A DNA stretch of 64,000 nucleotides, from IMG/VR virus record IMGVR_UViG_3300042350_002513; one strand, given 5' to 3'. Each line of letters begins with the position of its first letter. Positions within the stretch are counted from its first letter, which is position 1. Source of the stretch: an uncultured virus (IMG/VR IMGVR_UViG_3300042350_002513). Its lineage: Duplodnaviria > Heunggongvirae > Uroviricota > Caudoviricetes. Of this stretch, positions 9,320 through 19,252 are shown piece after piece. The translations under genes and the position numbers were made by a program. The notes under the pieces were generated by a model, which searched no databases, was not told the DNA's origin, and saw nothing but the letters and a program-made list of their open reading frames with translations.

Positions 9320-10504
9320 TTAGTGGAGAGGCAAGGTCTCAAGCATGAATAGTCCTCTATCATTTTGTTGAGGAGAACCGACTTGAGTAGAGAAGTTCAA
9401 TGTAACCTGCTTGTTGGCTCCGATTGAAGAAGAGAAGTCTTGTGAATCCAAGTTAAGTCTCTTTAGAACGTAACCAACTCCCTCGCTGGCGATTAGATCT
9501 GTATTAGCAGTAGCAGGAGCAGCGAGAGTAATAACAGCGTCATAAAGACCGTCTGTATTTACTAGATCAACCAAGTTACCAGTAGTAAGATCTTGTACTA
9601 AAGCTGTGACAGAAAGAGTTACGGTAACTGGGAAATCAATTTCTCTTGAATAAGCGTATCTGCTTCCGATCTTTTGCAATGGAGTTCTGTTTAGACCCAT
9701 TGAGATAGAGAAGTTTTGAATAGCAGCAGAGGTAGTTAAATCTGTACCACCATAAGACTGACCTTGAGTCTTTGTTAGAGAGAAGGAAATATCTCCGTGT
9801 CTAAGAGCAGCAACTTTTCCTAAAGCATTTTCACCATTAGGATTGCCTGTAGCTTGAGGTAGAATAAAAGCACCTCCAGCAACGTTTCCAGCAGAAGTGA
9901 CTCCGGGGGCTGCGCCTGAATTTCCATTGCTGAAATTCATGTTTAAGCACTCCAAACTAACAGAAGTAGTTGGGAAATCTCCTACGGCGGCATTAATCGA
10001 ATAATTAGTTAAGAAACCATTTCCTAATCCAATTGTACTTCCTACTGTTTGGTTAGCAGCAGTATCACCAGCAAAAGAGGAAGCATCATTACCTTCAGAA
10101 ACTGTTCTGATAAAATAATTTTTAGTATTGACAAATCCACTAGTAAGAATTCCAGACAAGCAAGATTGAGTAGCAGCAGCACTAGTTATATTAACGATGC
10201 CAGTGATTCCAGCGTCAATAACTGAGAAGCCAAGATTTTTTTCATTAGCCATGTCTGTTAGCAAGTAAGTAAAATCAACTCCTACAGTGGGTTGCTCTAG
10301 AATAATACGATCAATAGCAGCTAGATCGCCGAATTGGTTAACGTCTCTTCTTGCAATATTGAAATTATAATTACAAGATTGGACGCGAGAAAACTGGTTA
10401 ATATATAAATTTCCAGTTTGTGGTGGTGTAGAAGCCGCTACGTCAACAATGTCTTTTGTGTTGAATAGTGCTTCTGATTGGTAAATTACACGATTTCTTG
10501 GCAT
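9320..10504 (-). CDS. Probable major tail tube protein (paralogue 1)
   Basis: Beta-rich, 394 aa, upstream of chaperones/TMP, followed by a strong terminator; paralogous to 10565-12226 and 43719-44993. Confidence 0.65.
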   Translation of the reverse strand: MPRNRVIYQSEALFNTKDIVDVAASTPPQTGNLYINQFSRVQSCNYNFNIARRDVNQFGDLAAIDRIILEQPTVGVDFTYLLTDMANEKNLGFSVIDAGITGIVNITSAAATQSCLSGILTSGFVNTKNYFIRTVSEGNDASSFAGDTAANQTVGSTIGLGNGFLTNYSINAAVGDFPTTSVSLECLNMNFSNGNSGAAPGVTSAGNVAGGAFILPQATGNPNGENALGKVAALRHGDISFSLTKTQGQSYGGTDLTTSAAIQNFSISMGLNRTPLQKIGSRYAYSREIDFPVTVTLSVTALVQDLTTGNLVDLVNTDGLYDAVITLAAPATANTDLIASEGVGYVLKRLNLDSQDFSSSIGANKQVTLNFSTQVGSPQQNDRGLFMLETLPLH

Positions 10505-10564
10505 ATTTTTAATCCTTTAAATTTCTTTTTATTATTACATTTTTTATTCTGTTTTGAGAAATTA

Positions 10565-12226
10565 TTATATGATTTCTTGTCTTTGCATCCAATAATCTCC
10601 CTGCATAAATACACCTTTAGTGGAATCTTGAGGAGAACTCATTTGACCTCCAAAGGTTAAAGTAGCTGTTTTGTTAGCTCCAATTGAGGAACTAAAGTCT
10701 AAAGATTCTAACTGCGCTGATTTAATTAAATATCTTACACCAGTTATCTTACCATAACTTGAAACTTCAGTTCCGGGTTTAATAAAAGATACTGAAGTAT
10801 TGAATTTGATATCTTTACTAGAAACTACATCAACTAAATTACCAGTTGCTAATTCTGAAACTAAAACATTTACAGAAAAAGAGTAATTAATTGGGAAAGT
10901 TATTTCTTTAGCAAAATTAAAAGTATTTCCAAGTTTATTTAGAGACTCTCTAGATAAACCAATTGATAAAGTGAAATTTTGAGCGTTTAAAGAAGAAGAT
11001 CTTGTGTCAATTCCTAATCCTCCAGAAGCATAAAAAGGACTTAAATCAAGTACAATACTTCCGGGTCTAAATGCAGATATATTTTGTGATAGATCTGATC
11101 TGCTATTGAAATCAGGAAGAGAATAAGTTCCATTTACTCTTGTGCCGCCTTCGTCTATTGAAGGCAAAGGATAACGTTTGCCAGCGGCACTAGATTTAAA
11201 GTCATTTGCTCCAGTAACGATAGAAAAGTTTCTAGCTTCGTTACTAATCGCTACGTTTGGAATATCTCCTACTGCTGCATTTACGGCATAATTTGTAATA
11301 ACTGAATTTCCAAAAGCAATAATAGCTTGATCTAATGTCCCAGTAGTCGCAACGCTTACGTCATTACCTTGAGGGACTGTCCTTACAAACAAGTTTCTTT
11401 CATCGCTTGCTTTTGTGAGTATTCCACTTAAACAAGTTACGTCTATAATGCTAGAAGTACCTTCTGGATAGTTATTTGCAAGAGTTGGAGAGAAAGTAGA
11501 AGCATTACTTGTTCCTCCAATACCAACATTGACAGGAACATTAGTATAAGAATTTGTAAAAGCTACTTGAGAAGAATTAATATAAATAACACCTGATCCA
11601 CCATTAGTTATTGAAACGCCAGTAGCTTGACCTGCATAGACACCTCCAGTCGCCACATTAAAAGAAAGGACGGGAGGTACATTCGCTCCTACTTGAGGTA
11701 ATGTTAAAGTAAACGAATTTAAATAGCCTTGACCCCCATCGGCAATAGAAACCTCAGTAATTCCAAATTCGGATTGCCCAGAAACAGTAACTGTTAAATT
11801 TACAGCAGCACTTCTCTTCAAAGAAGTTGTAGTGAAACCTAATTCTTTTTCGTTCTTAAGACCGTTTTGATAGTAATTAAAATCAATATTTATTACTGGT
11901 TGCTCTATAATGATTTTGTCTATTGCGGCCAAATTTCCAAATTGATTTACATCTCTTCTGCCAACATTAAAGTTATAATTAATACTTTGTATACGATCCA
12001 AATTAGCTAAATTTGGAAGCAAACCTGCTTGCATAGTAGCAAGATTAGTTGTGGTAGTACCTGCTCCAGAAGTTAAAGTTCTTGTAGCAAGAGGATCTAA
12101 TTGATTTAATTTTTGAGTAGGAACGTTTACGTTACTTCCTGTTACGAACTTATAGTGACCAGATATGGCTGGCGAAGGGCCAACGTATAATGCTTCGTTT
12201 TGGTAAATTACTCTAGTTTTCGCCAT
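10565..12226 (-). CDS. Tail tube-like protein (paralogue 2) with inserted beta domain
   Basis: Shares RVIYQ.EALY, RRDVNQFG.LAAID, NAAVGD.P and FSSSIGANK with paralogue 1; carries an extra GGQGY/GGSG-containing insert. Confidence 0.6.
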   Translation of the reverse strand: MAKTRVIYQNEALYVGPSPAISGHYKFVTGSNVNVPTQKLNQLDPLATRTLTSGAGTTTTNLATMQAGLLPNLANLDRIQSINYNFNVGRRDVNQFGNLAAIDKIIIEQPVINIDFNYYQNGLKNEKELGFTTTSLKRSAAVNLTVTVSGQSEFGITEVSIADGGQGYLNSFTLTLPQVGANVPPVLSFNVATGGVYAGQATGVSITNGGSGVIYINSSQVAFTNSYTNVPVNVGIGGTSNASTFSPTLANNYPEGTSSIIDVTCLSGILTKASDERNLFVRTVPQGNDVSVATTGTLDQAIIAFGNSVITNYAVNAAVGDIPNVAISNEARNFSIVTGANDFKSSAAGKRYPLPSIDEGGTRVNGTYSLPDFNSRSDLSQNISAFRPGSIVLDLSPFYASGGLGIDTRSSSLNAQNFTLSIGLSRESLNKLGNTFNFAKEITFPINYSFSVNVLVSELATGNLVDVVSSKDIKFNTSVSFIKPGTEVSSYGKITGVRYLIKSAQLESLDFSSSIGANKTATLTFGGQMSSPQDSTKGVFMQGDYWMQRQEII

Positions 12227-12230
12227 AATT

Positions 12231-13079
12231 TTATGTTTGTCTTGGCTCTCTAAATTTAACTAATTCAAAATCAATTAGTCCATAATAAGAACCGGGATTA
12301 ATATTGTTCTCTCTATCTCTTACACCTGCGACCTTTGAGACGGAAACCCTATCTATCATGCAGTAGTCTTTGCCGCTTGTAATGTTATTATAATTAAAAA
12401 CTACCCCGCTCTTAAAGCTGCCTAAAACATTAAATGGATTGTATGTTGGATCAATTAGAGGAACGTTGTCGTAATTTCTATCTCTAAATAATGAACAAAC
12501 TGCATCTAATGTATATTGTGAATCAGCAATAACAATGGCTCTAAAGTCTACTCTCGTTTCGTCTGTTCCGCCGAAAGCCCAAGGATCATTTGTGCTTCCA
12601 TTATTTTTGATGAAAATTACAGGGTAAGTTATTGTATTTTCTTTTAAAGAATCCTTTAAAGATCCAGCAGGGGTTTTATTTCTTCTAACGTATTGAGTTT
12701 CAAATAGCAGCACCTCTTCTGGTTGAGATGTCATCAACACGTTAAACTCTTTAACCGAATAAGTTCCAGAAACATTAAGAGATCCAGAACTTAAATAAAT
12801 CTGCCCCTCTGAATAGTTTATACCACTTAGAGGGCTTTGACCTAAATTGTAATTTGCGCCATTTATGCTAACTCCCGTCATTACTGTTGCTCCAGCAATT
12901 GAAGAGTCATATACTAATCCTTTATAAGGTCCGTTATAAGCATAAAAACCATTCACATAAGAAGAATTGGCGGGAAATGTAGTAGTTACATTATAGTAAG
13001 CCTCACCCTTGGATAATAGAGTGTGATCAAACCACATTAAAAATGATGAAGATATTTGATTGTCAAATTGCGGTTTCAT
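12231..13079 (-). CDS. Putative tail terminator/neck protein
   Basis: 282 aa, immediately upstream of the tube genes; YP.IFI motif; mostly positional. Confidence 0.45.
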   Translation of the reverse strand: MKPQFDNQISSSFLMWFDHTLLSKGEAYYNVTTTFPANSSYVNGFYAYNGPYKGLVYDSSIAGATVMTGVSINGANYNLGQSPLSGINYSEGQIYLSSGSLNVSGTYSVKEFNVLMTSQPEEVLLFETQYVRRNKTPAGSLKDSLKENTITYPVIFIKNNGSTNDPWAFGGTDETRVDFRAIVIADSQYTLDAVCSLFRDRNYDNVPLIDPTYNPFNVLGSFKSGVVFNYNNITSGKDYCMIDRVSVSKVAGVRDRENNINPGSYYGLIDFELVKFREPRQT

Positions 13080-13690
13080 TGTTTGAGTTTATCCTTTAGA
13101 TTTTTTAGTATTGTACTCAAGTATTTTACAGTAGAGAAAGAGCCTGATCTAACTTTGTCATCTGCCTGAATACCGCCGCCAGATCGGCTAGGCTCAGGAG
13201 ATTTAAATTTTCCAGACAAGTAATACCCCAATCCAGAAATACCTCTTTCAATTCCTCTAACCCAGCTTCTTCCAGCTTCCCAAGGTAATGGAGTTTTTTG
13301 TTCTATTGACTTTAATGTAGGAACTGAAACAGGGAATTCGAATTGAACACCTGTTTCTGTAGTTCTTGTTTTGGGAGTTCTATTTAGTAGGATTTCTTCT
13401 TCTAAAGCTTGCCTTACCTGCTGCGTAGGCTGAGAGTCTTGATCAAATCCAATAAATGAAAATAAATTAGAGTCAGGTTTTGTTCCGGGTAAAGTTTTTG
13501 AGATATTCTTTCCTTCGGCTCCCATTTCTAATTCGACAGTAACTGGGTGCTGATCAAATTCTTTTATTGTTTGATTTTTAAGTCTTTGAAATTCTTTTTC
13601 GGCTCTTTGGTAGGCTAAATTCTGAATATCTTTACTGAAAAGAAGTTTTTTGACTTCTCTATTTAAAATTGTCTTATTTATTGTAGCCAT
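13076..13690 (-). CDS. Putative neck/tail completion protein
   Basis: 204-aa basic protein in the connector cluster; positional. Confidence 0.4.
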   Translation of the reverse strand: MATINKTILNREVKKLLFSKDIQNLAYQRAEKEFQRLKNQTIKEFDQHPVTVELEMGAEGKNISKTLPGTKPDSNLFSFIGFDQDSQPTQQVRQALEEEILLNRTPKTRTTETGVQFEFPVSVPTLKSIEQKTPLPWEAGRSWVRGIERGISGLGYYLSGKFKSPEPSRSGGGIQADDKVRSGSFSTVKYLSTILKNLKDKLKQ

Positions 13691-14130
13691 TACATTATTT
13701 CCTTCATCATGTACTCGTAATAAGGTTCATCAATATACCTTTTAACTACAAAACCATATTGCACATTCCAAGACTTATTGTCGAAAGTTATTCTTTCTGT
13801 TTTACCATTTTCAATGTAATCTTTAGCTTCTAAGCGAACTCTTATTCTTGCAGTAGTATTAGGATTTTTAATCTCAGAATTTAAAGACACAATGTCTTCA
13901 TCTGGACTACCATAAAATATTCTAGCTTTATAAACTCCAGAGACTGGTGTATAAGTTACACTATCAGGCAATTGATCTGTAGGATAACCAAAGACAGGAG
14001 TTTCATTAACAGAAGTTATATTTTTAATAGGCTCTTTGTAAACGACAATATCCCTAGACAATGTATCAAAAAGATCATTGTAATTTGATCCAAAGCTAAG
14101 TCTTTGTGCGTCTGTTAGTAAAGATGCCAT
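13690..14130 (-). CDS. Putative head closure (stopper) protein
   Basis: 146 aa, beta-rich, ending RITFDNKSWNV; positional. Confidence 0.45.
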   Translation of the reverse strand: MASLLTDAQRLSFGSNYNDLFDTLSRDIVVYKEPIKNITSVNETPVFGYPTDQLPDSVTYTPVSGVYKARIFYGSPDEDIVSLNSEIKNPNTTARIRVRLEAKDYIENGKTERITFDNKSWNVQYGFVVKRYIDEPYYEYMMKEIM

Positions 14131-14132
14131 AA

Positions 14133-14627
14133 TTAAATTCTATTGAATGGTCTGATTGAATAATACTTATCGGTAATATAAGACCCAGCTACGGTATCGT
14201 CGCCAGCAACTTGTAGAGGACCAACGTCGTTAATATTGTAATCATTAACCATCGCAGTTAATTCATTAAGTGAATTTTTCTTTGCTTCTAAGTATATTTT
14301 ACTGGTTTCGTTTCGGTTGATTCTGCGAACAGTTCCACCGCCATCTGTAACTTCCAACAAGCTATCTCCATTTATTGCATTTAAAGTTTGCTTGACTTTT
14401 AGATCGTAGAAATAACATTCATAGATCTTTTTATAAATAGACTTCTCTGTTTCTCCCAAATTGGGCACAAGCTCCAAAGAAGCGTCGTCTATAATAATGT
14501 CTTTGTTCAGTTTATTATTAAGAATACCTATATTGCTCCTAAGCCAATAACTAATGGCTGGTACTGATAGATCACTTGGTTGACCTAATTCGAAATAGAG
14601 TTCTTGAGCCATGTCTACGATTTTCAT
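14133..14627 (-). CDS. Putative head-tail adaptor
   Basis: 164 aa, helical followed by a beta hairpin; first gene of the connector cluster. Confidence 0.4.
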   Translation of the reverse strand: MKIVDMAQELYFELGQPSDLSVPAISYWLRSNIGILNNKLNKDIIIDDASLELVPNLGETEKSIYKKIYECYFYDLKVKQTLNAINGDSLLEVTDGGGTVRRINRNETSKIYLEAKKNSLNELTAMVNDYNINDVGPLQVAGDDTVAGSYITDKYYSIRPFNRI

Positions 14628-14628
14628 A

Positions 14629-15009
14629 TTAGTATGTTATTTCTGGATTAATTACAAAATAGCCACCTTCAACAGTACGAGCATAATCTTCTCCCGAGAA
14701 AACTTGAACATCGTATAATAAGTAACTAGATGGTAAAGCCGCCATTCCTGTTCTACCTATGCTGATATCGATATATCCGCTGACAAAACTTTCTCCTGCG
14801 GCTCCTGATATGATTTGTGGCTTTAAGTCTAATAAAATACCAGAGCTTGGTACATACACATTGTCGTTTGTATACCCTGCCCCATAACTTGCCCTTACAT
14901 AGCCAGAAGCCGTGAAGCCCGATAAGTTCATTACAACTCCATCAGAGTCACGGGCAACAAGTCTCTTATAAAAAGAGTTTCCTTGTGTACCTGTTAAATT
15001 CATACACAT
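14629..15009 (-). CDS. Virion protein, BppU-N/Ig-like beta sandwich
   Basis: QGNSF...NLSG.TA...YDVQ...VEGG.F.I.PEIT pattern typical of phage structural beta-sandwich proteins. Confidence 0.5.
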   Translation of the reverse strand: MCMNLTGTQGNSFYKRLVARDSDGVVMNLSGFTASGYVRASYGAGYTNDNVYVPSSGILLDLKPQIISGAAGESFVSGYIDISIGRTGMAALPSSYLLYDVQVFSGEDYARTVEGGYFVINPEITY

Positions 15010-15017
15010 TATTACAC

Positions 15018-15040
15018 AAAAAAAGCCCCTTTCGGGGCTT
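15018..15040 (-). terminator. Intrinsic terminator
   Basis: AAGCCCC-TTTC-GGGGCTT hairpin plus U-tract. Confidence 0.8.
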
Positions 15041-15060
15041 GAGAAGAGATATTTTAAAAA

Positions 15061-15888
15061 TTAAGCATTATCTCCAGTTGGGACTGGTGGAGGAGGAGGT
15101 GGAGGAGTTGGCTCATTTACAGTTACAATAGCCACATCACTCTTTACAGATCCAGCAACGTTACTAACTGTTACAGAATAGTTTCCTGAATCAGAGATTT
15201 GAGCGTTAGCAATTTGGAAAGCACTTCCAGTGGCGGCTAGAATAATTTCACCATCTTTATCCCATTGGAAAGACAAAGGCTGATCACCCATGACTCCTAC
15301 GTTCAAGTAACCAAATCCGCTAACATTCAAATTAAGATTTTGAGGTTGAGATGTGATTACTGGAGCCTGAAACAAACTCAAGTAAACACTAGAGCTAACA
15401 GTTGAACCTGCTGGATTATTAATCTTAACATTATAAGAACCCAAGTCTCCAGTTCCGACGCTTGCTATAGAATAAATTGAAGAATTCGCTCCTTCAACAT
15501 CTAAATTATTTTTAGTCCACTGGTAAGTTAATGGAGAATCACCACTTGCCACTACGGAAAATTCAGCAGCTTGTCCATCTAGAACCTTTTGATCTACTGG
15601 TTGAGAAGTAATAAACGGAGCAACAGCTTCAGTGTATCCTAAATTTTCTAATACTACATTTTTTACATAATCATAATCAGCCTGAGCGGTTTGCTCAGGT
15701 GGCCAATCCTGCCAGTCATCTCCTGCAAGATTAGTATAAGTCCTATCTAATACTAGATCTGCTGGATTTTTCATCACAACAGAGAATTTCACTCCTTCAT
15801 GAGGATCAAATGCATTAAAGTCAACGCAAAGCTGCGTCACATTTGCGCCAGATGGCTTTGGGTAAACGGGGATAAATATTGTATTCAT
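15061..15888 (-). CDS. Immunoglobulin (I-set-like) domain protein
   Basis: Two AP.ITSQP...V.G..PL.YQW.K...D.G.Y.V...N.AGS Ig repeats and a poly-Pro C-terminal tail. Confidence 0.85.
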   Translation of the reverse strand: MNTIFIPVYPKPSGANVTQLCVDFNAFDPHEGVKFSVVMKNPADLVLDRTYTNLAGDDWQDWPPEQTAQADYDYVKNVVLENLGYTEAVAPFITSQPVDQKVLDGQAAEFSVVASGDSPLTYQWTKNNLDVEGANSSIYSIASVGTGDLGSYNVKINNPAGSTVSSSVYLSLFQAPVITSQPQNLNLNVSGFGYLNVGVMGDQPLSFQWDKDGEIILAATGSAFQIANAQISDSGNYSVTVSNVAGSVKSDVAIVTVNEPTPPPPPPPVPTGDNA

Positions 15889-15935
15889 TTTCTTATTTTA
15901 ATCTAAAATTAATTTATTCTAATATTTTTTACACT

Positions 15936-18056
15936 TTATAATCCGAATCTTCCTTTTGTAGCGTTGTAATTTTGCAAGACTTGAGCGGCTGTTAATTGTT
16001 TTGTATATAATCTTAAACTTGCGATAGTGCCAGTAAATCTTTCTCCTGTAGTCGCTGGATTAGATGCTATTTGAGGGGCAGAAGCAGATAATGTCGCACT
16101 GGATGTAGCATTAGTAGTAGATGCCACTCCGTTTACATAGACTATATATTGATTTGATGCATTTCTTACTCCCACGACATGATACCAAACATTTTGCGAT
16201 ACAGCAGTTTGATGCGTTGTAGTTGTTCTTACTCCTACCGCGTTAAAATCAGTTAAAGCAAATCCAGATCCATTTGGATAATATAAAGCAATAAATCCAG
16301 CAACATTTGATGACTGTGAAGCGTAAATAATATTATTTGTTACTGCTGCTGTAGAATATACCCAAACTTCAATTGCAAATTGTCCAGTTCCAAATGCAAG
16401 TCCACTTGTAGGCAATGTGCCATACTTAGCATTTGAATCAAATATAATTCCACCATTATTATTAGAAGTATAAACTGGAGATCCTATCAAAGTACCATTG
16501 TATCCATTTCCACTAACATCATACCAAGTTGCTCCCGATCCAGCATAACTATCCGTATTGCCAGCGTCTAAATCTAATACTAAATTTTCTCTTGCTATGT
16601 TGTTATCAAATCTAGCTTTAAAAGATTGATAATTAGACACTACTTCTGATTGACTTAAAGCCCTTTGATACATTCTGACTAAGTAATATTCATGTTGAGC
16701 AGGCCAGATATATCCTTGCGTAGTTGGATTTCCAACATAAGCAGATCCAATATTCATTTGAGCATAAGCAACTTGAGCAGTTGTCGCGGCTACAGTTGTA
16801 GGACCAGCAACTAAATTTCCATTTATATAAAGACTTAATACATCTCCTGATCTAGTAGCAGTAATGTGCATAATTTTATCTTGATAACTTGCAACATTGC
16901 AAGATATGCCTACAACAGTAGATGCGCTATTCCAATAAACATACCATAAATCTGTTCCAGCAAAGTATAATCCGCTATGTTGTCCTGTCCATAAAACTAT
17001 TGCTTGTACTGTTTGTGTTGTTAATGCATTATCATAAGTATAAACGCTTCGAAAACCTTTTGGATTTACTGCTACTTCTACTGTGTGGTCTCTGTATATT
17101 AAATTTAAAATTGTACTTGTTAAATTTTGACCACCAAATGAACTTATAGCATAAGGAGTGCTAGTATTAAAATTAGAAACAAATGCTTTAGCGTTATATC
17201 TTGGATTTGCCCCATTAAAAACAAAATCAAAACCATTACCACTCAAATCAAATACGCATCTATCTGTATTAAAAATACCCCATTTTTGCCCAAGATATGT
17301 GTGGACTTGTTTCATCTCAGTAGAGTTTAATGCTCTATTGAAAATAAGTATCTCGCACATATCGCCGTTATAATATCTTCCACCACCGTGGCCCCAATAT
17401 CCTATAGCTAAAGCAGTAGTAACCTGTGCAGTATTAGCATAAACAGTTCTTGTAGTCTGCGCAGTCCCGCTTATATAAGGAGTTGCATTCGCACCAGATT
17501 TATTTAATGATAATAATTGGATAACATTATCAGTATAAGTCCAAGGACTAGCAGAAGCATCTACGAAAGAAGATCCGTTTCCATTTGCATAATAAAATTG
17601 ACTTAAATTATTAACTCTTTGTATTACAAAACCTGCGGTTCCACCACCATGATAATTATCAATTAAAACTGCATAATTATAAACTTGTGTTGCCGGTTTA
17701 TAAATTATAAAAATACTTGCATCAGTTGGGAGAGATATTCCTGATGATATAATTAAATTATCAAGATTACCTGCATTAAAATTCACACCTTTTCTGCTAT
17801 TAATTATTGAACTTCTTGAAGGTTGATATGAAGAATTTGACTGATTTGCGTGAAAATTGTTTCCACTTTTATCACGCCATTGACTTACTTCTGTTCCAGA
17901 ACTATAACTAAAAGTTGAATCATCTGAAGCATCAAGCCAAAGCAGTAATCCATTTTTTACAGGCAAATCTGTAGTTGGATATGATTTATTTTGTGATGAA
18001 TCTAAACACATCACTAAACCATCTGTTATTAGGCGAGGAGAATATTGTAATGCCAT
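15936..18056 (-). CDS. LamG/concanavalin-A-like multi-domain virion protein
   Basis: GLV..LD...SY, W.D.SGN, WYHVVG, YING and QNYNATK.RFGL signatures; three LamG-like units. Confidence 0.85.
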   Translation of the reverse strand: MALQYSPRLITDGLVMCLDSSQNKSYPTTDLPVKNGLLLWLDASDDSTFSYSSGTEVSQWRDKSGNNFHANQSNSSYQPSRSSIINSRKGVNFNAGNLDNLIISSGISLPTDASIFIIYKPATQVYNYAVLIDNYHGGGTAGFVIQRVNNLSQFYYANGNGSSFVDASASPWTYTDNVIQLLSLNKSGANATPYISGTAQTTRTVYANTAQVTTALAIGYWGHGGGRYYNGDMCEILIFNRALNSTEMKQVHTYLGQKWGIFNTDRCVFDLSGNGFDFVFNGANPRYNAKAFVSNFNTSTPYAISSFGGQNLTSTILNLIYRDHTVEVAVNPKGFRSVYTYDNALTTQTVQAIVLWTGQHSGLYFAGTDLWYVYWNSASTVVGISCNVASYQDKIMHITATRSGDVLSLYINGNLVAGPTTVAATTAQVAYAQMNIGSAYVGNPTTQGYIWPAQHEYYLVRMYQRALSQSEVVSNYQSFKARFDNNIARENLVLDLDAGNTDSYAGSGATWYDVSGNGYNGTLIGSPVYTSNNNGGIIFDSNAKYGTLPTSGLAFGTGQFAIEVWVYSTAAVTNNIIYASQSSNVAGFIALYYPNGSGFALTDFNAVGVRTTTTHQTAVSQNVWYHVVGVRNASNQYIVYVNGVASTTNATSSATLSASAPQIASNPATTGERFTGTIASLRLYTKQLTAAQVLQNYNATKGRFGL

Positions 18057-18067
18057 ATAGTTTTAAA

Positions 18068-19249
18068 TTATAATCCGAATCTTGATTTATCTGCTTGGAA
18101 ATTTTGCATAATTTGTTGTGCGGATAATGCAGTATTATATATTAATACATTAGCTATCCTACCATCAAAATATTCTCCATTTAATTCTCCTTGTCTACCA
18201 ATGATAAGCGGACCAGTTCCTGTATAAGTGAAGCCAGATCCTTTTGTAGCGACTAATACTCCATTTAAATAAATATAAGCATTTGATACAGTGTATACTC
18301 CAACTAAATTCATCCAAACGTTTGTATTACCTGCGCCAGCCACTGTAACAGGAGTCCAATTATCAGTAAATCTTACATTACTATTCTCAAATCCAAAATA
18401 AAAAGAATTACCAGAATTTGCATTTGTCCATTGAGATAATAATTCTCTATAACTTAAATTATTAGAATTTCGATAACACCATACACTTACTGTATAGGGA
18501 GCAGTTGATGTAGGAACTATAGAAGAACCAACACTAGTTATATAATCATCCGAACCATCAAACGCAATACTTCCATAATTAGAAGCATTTAATAATGGAC
18601 CATTAGTTAATGTTCCAGATCTATTGTTACCGCTTACATCTCTCCAAATAGTATTACCAATATAATAAGGATTAAAAGTCGTAGCACTAGAAGCTCTTTC
18701 TACTTGCATTCCATCCCACCAAATATTAATACCTGCACCACCTGAATTTGGTCCATCCAATCGACCTTGGATGAAAGCTGTTGTTGCCGCTGATATTGTA
18801 GCGGTAAATGAAACCCTTGTCCATGAAGTAGATATTGATATTGCTCCATAATAACTAGTGATAGCCACTCCATTAGAATCTGCGGGTATTAGAAATAATT
18901 CTCCAGTAGTAGCTACACTAGCTTTTACATAAACACTTATTGTCCAAGTTTGACCATTGGCTGCTGGAGCTAAATTCCAAGTAGATAACGCGCCGGGACC
19001 ATAGTTAATTGTATTGGTGAATGGATCGTTTCCCGTAACTGCCATTTTCATTGGAATAGATCCATACTGCCTAGTCATCGTTGTATCTCTAGAAAGAGTT
19101 GCCGCATTTGCAGCATTAACTCCAGCCCATGCAAAAATATCAGTTGGATTTGGCATTACATTTGGACTATAACTTCTCATATAAGAAGCATCTAAATCTA
19201 AAACCAATCCATTTCTAACTATTTGCGGTCCATTATTTACTGTACTCAT
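18068..19249 (-). CDS. LamG domain protein with carbohydrate-binding-like insert
   Basis: LamG N- and C-terminal motifs enclosing a TWTISVYVKA...WTRVSFT...WWDGMQVE jelly-roll. Confidence 0.8.
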   Translation of the reverse strand: MSTVNNGPQIVRNGLVLDLDASYMRSYSPNVMPNPTDIFAWAGVNAANAATLSRDTTMTRQYGSIPMKMAVTGNDPFTNTINYGPGALSTWNLAPAANGQTWTISVYVKASVATTGELFLIPADSNGVAITSYYGAISISTSWTRVSFTATISAATTAFIQGRLDGPNSGGAGINIWWDGMQVERASSATTFNPYYIGNTIWRDVSGNNRSGTLTNGPLLNASNYGSIAFDGSDDYITSVGSSIVPTSTAPYTVSVWCYRNSNNLSYRELLSQWTNANSGNSFYFGFENSNVRFTDNWTPVTVAGAGNTNVWMNLVGVYTVSNAYIYLNGVLVATKGSGFTYTGTGPLIIGRQGELNGEYFDGRIANVLIYNTALSAQQIMQNFQADKSRFGL

Positions 19250-19252
19250 ATT

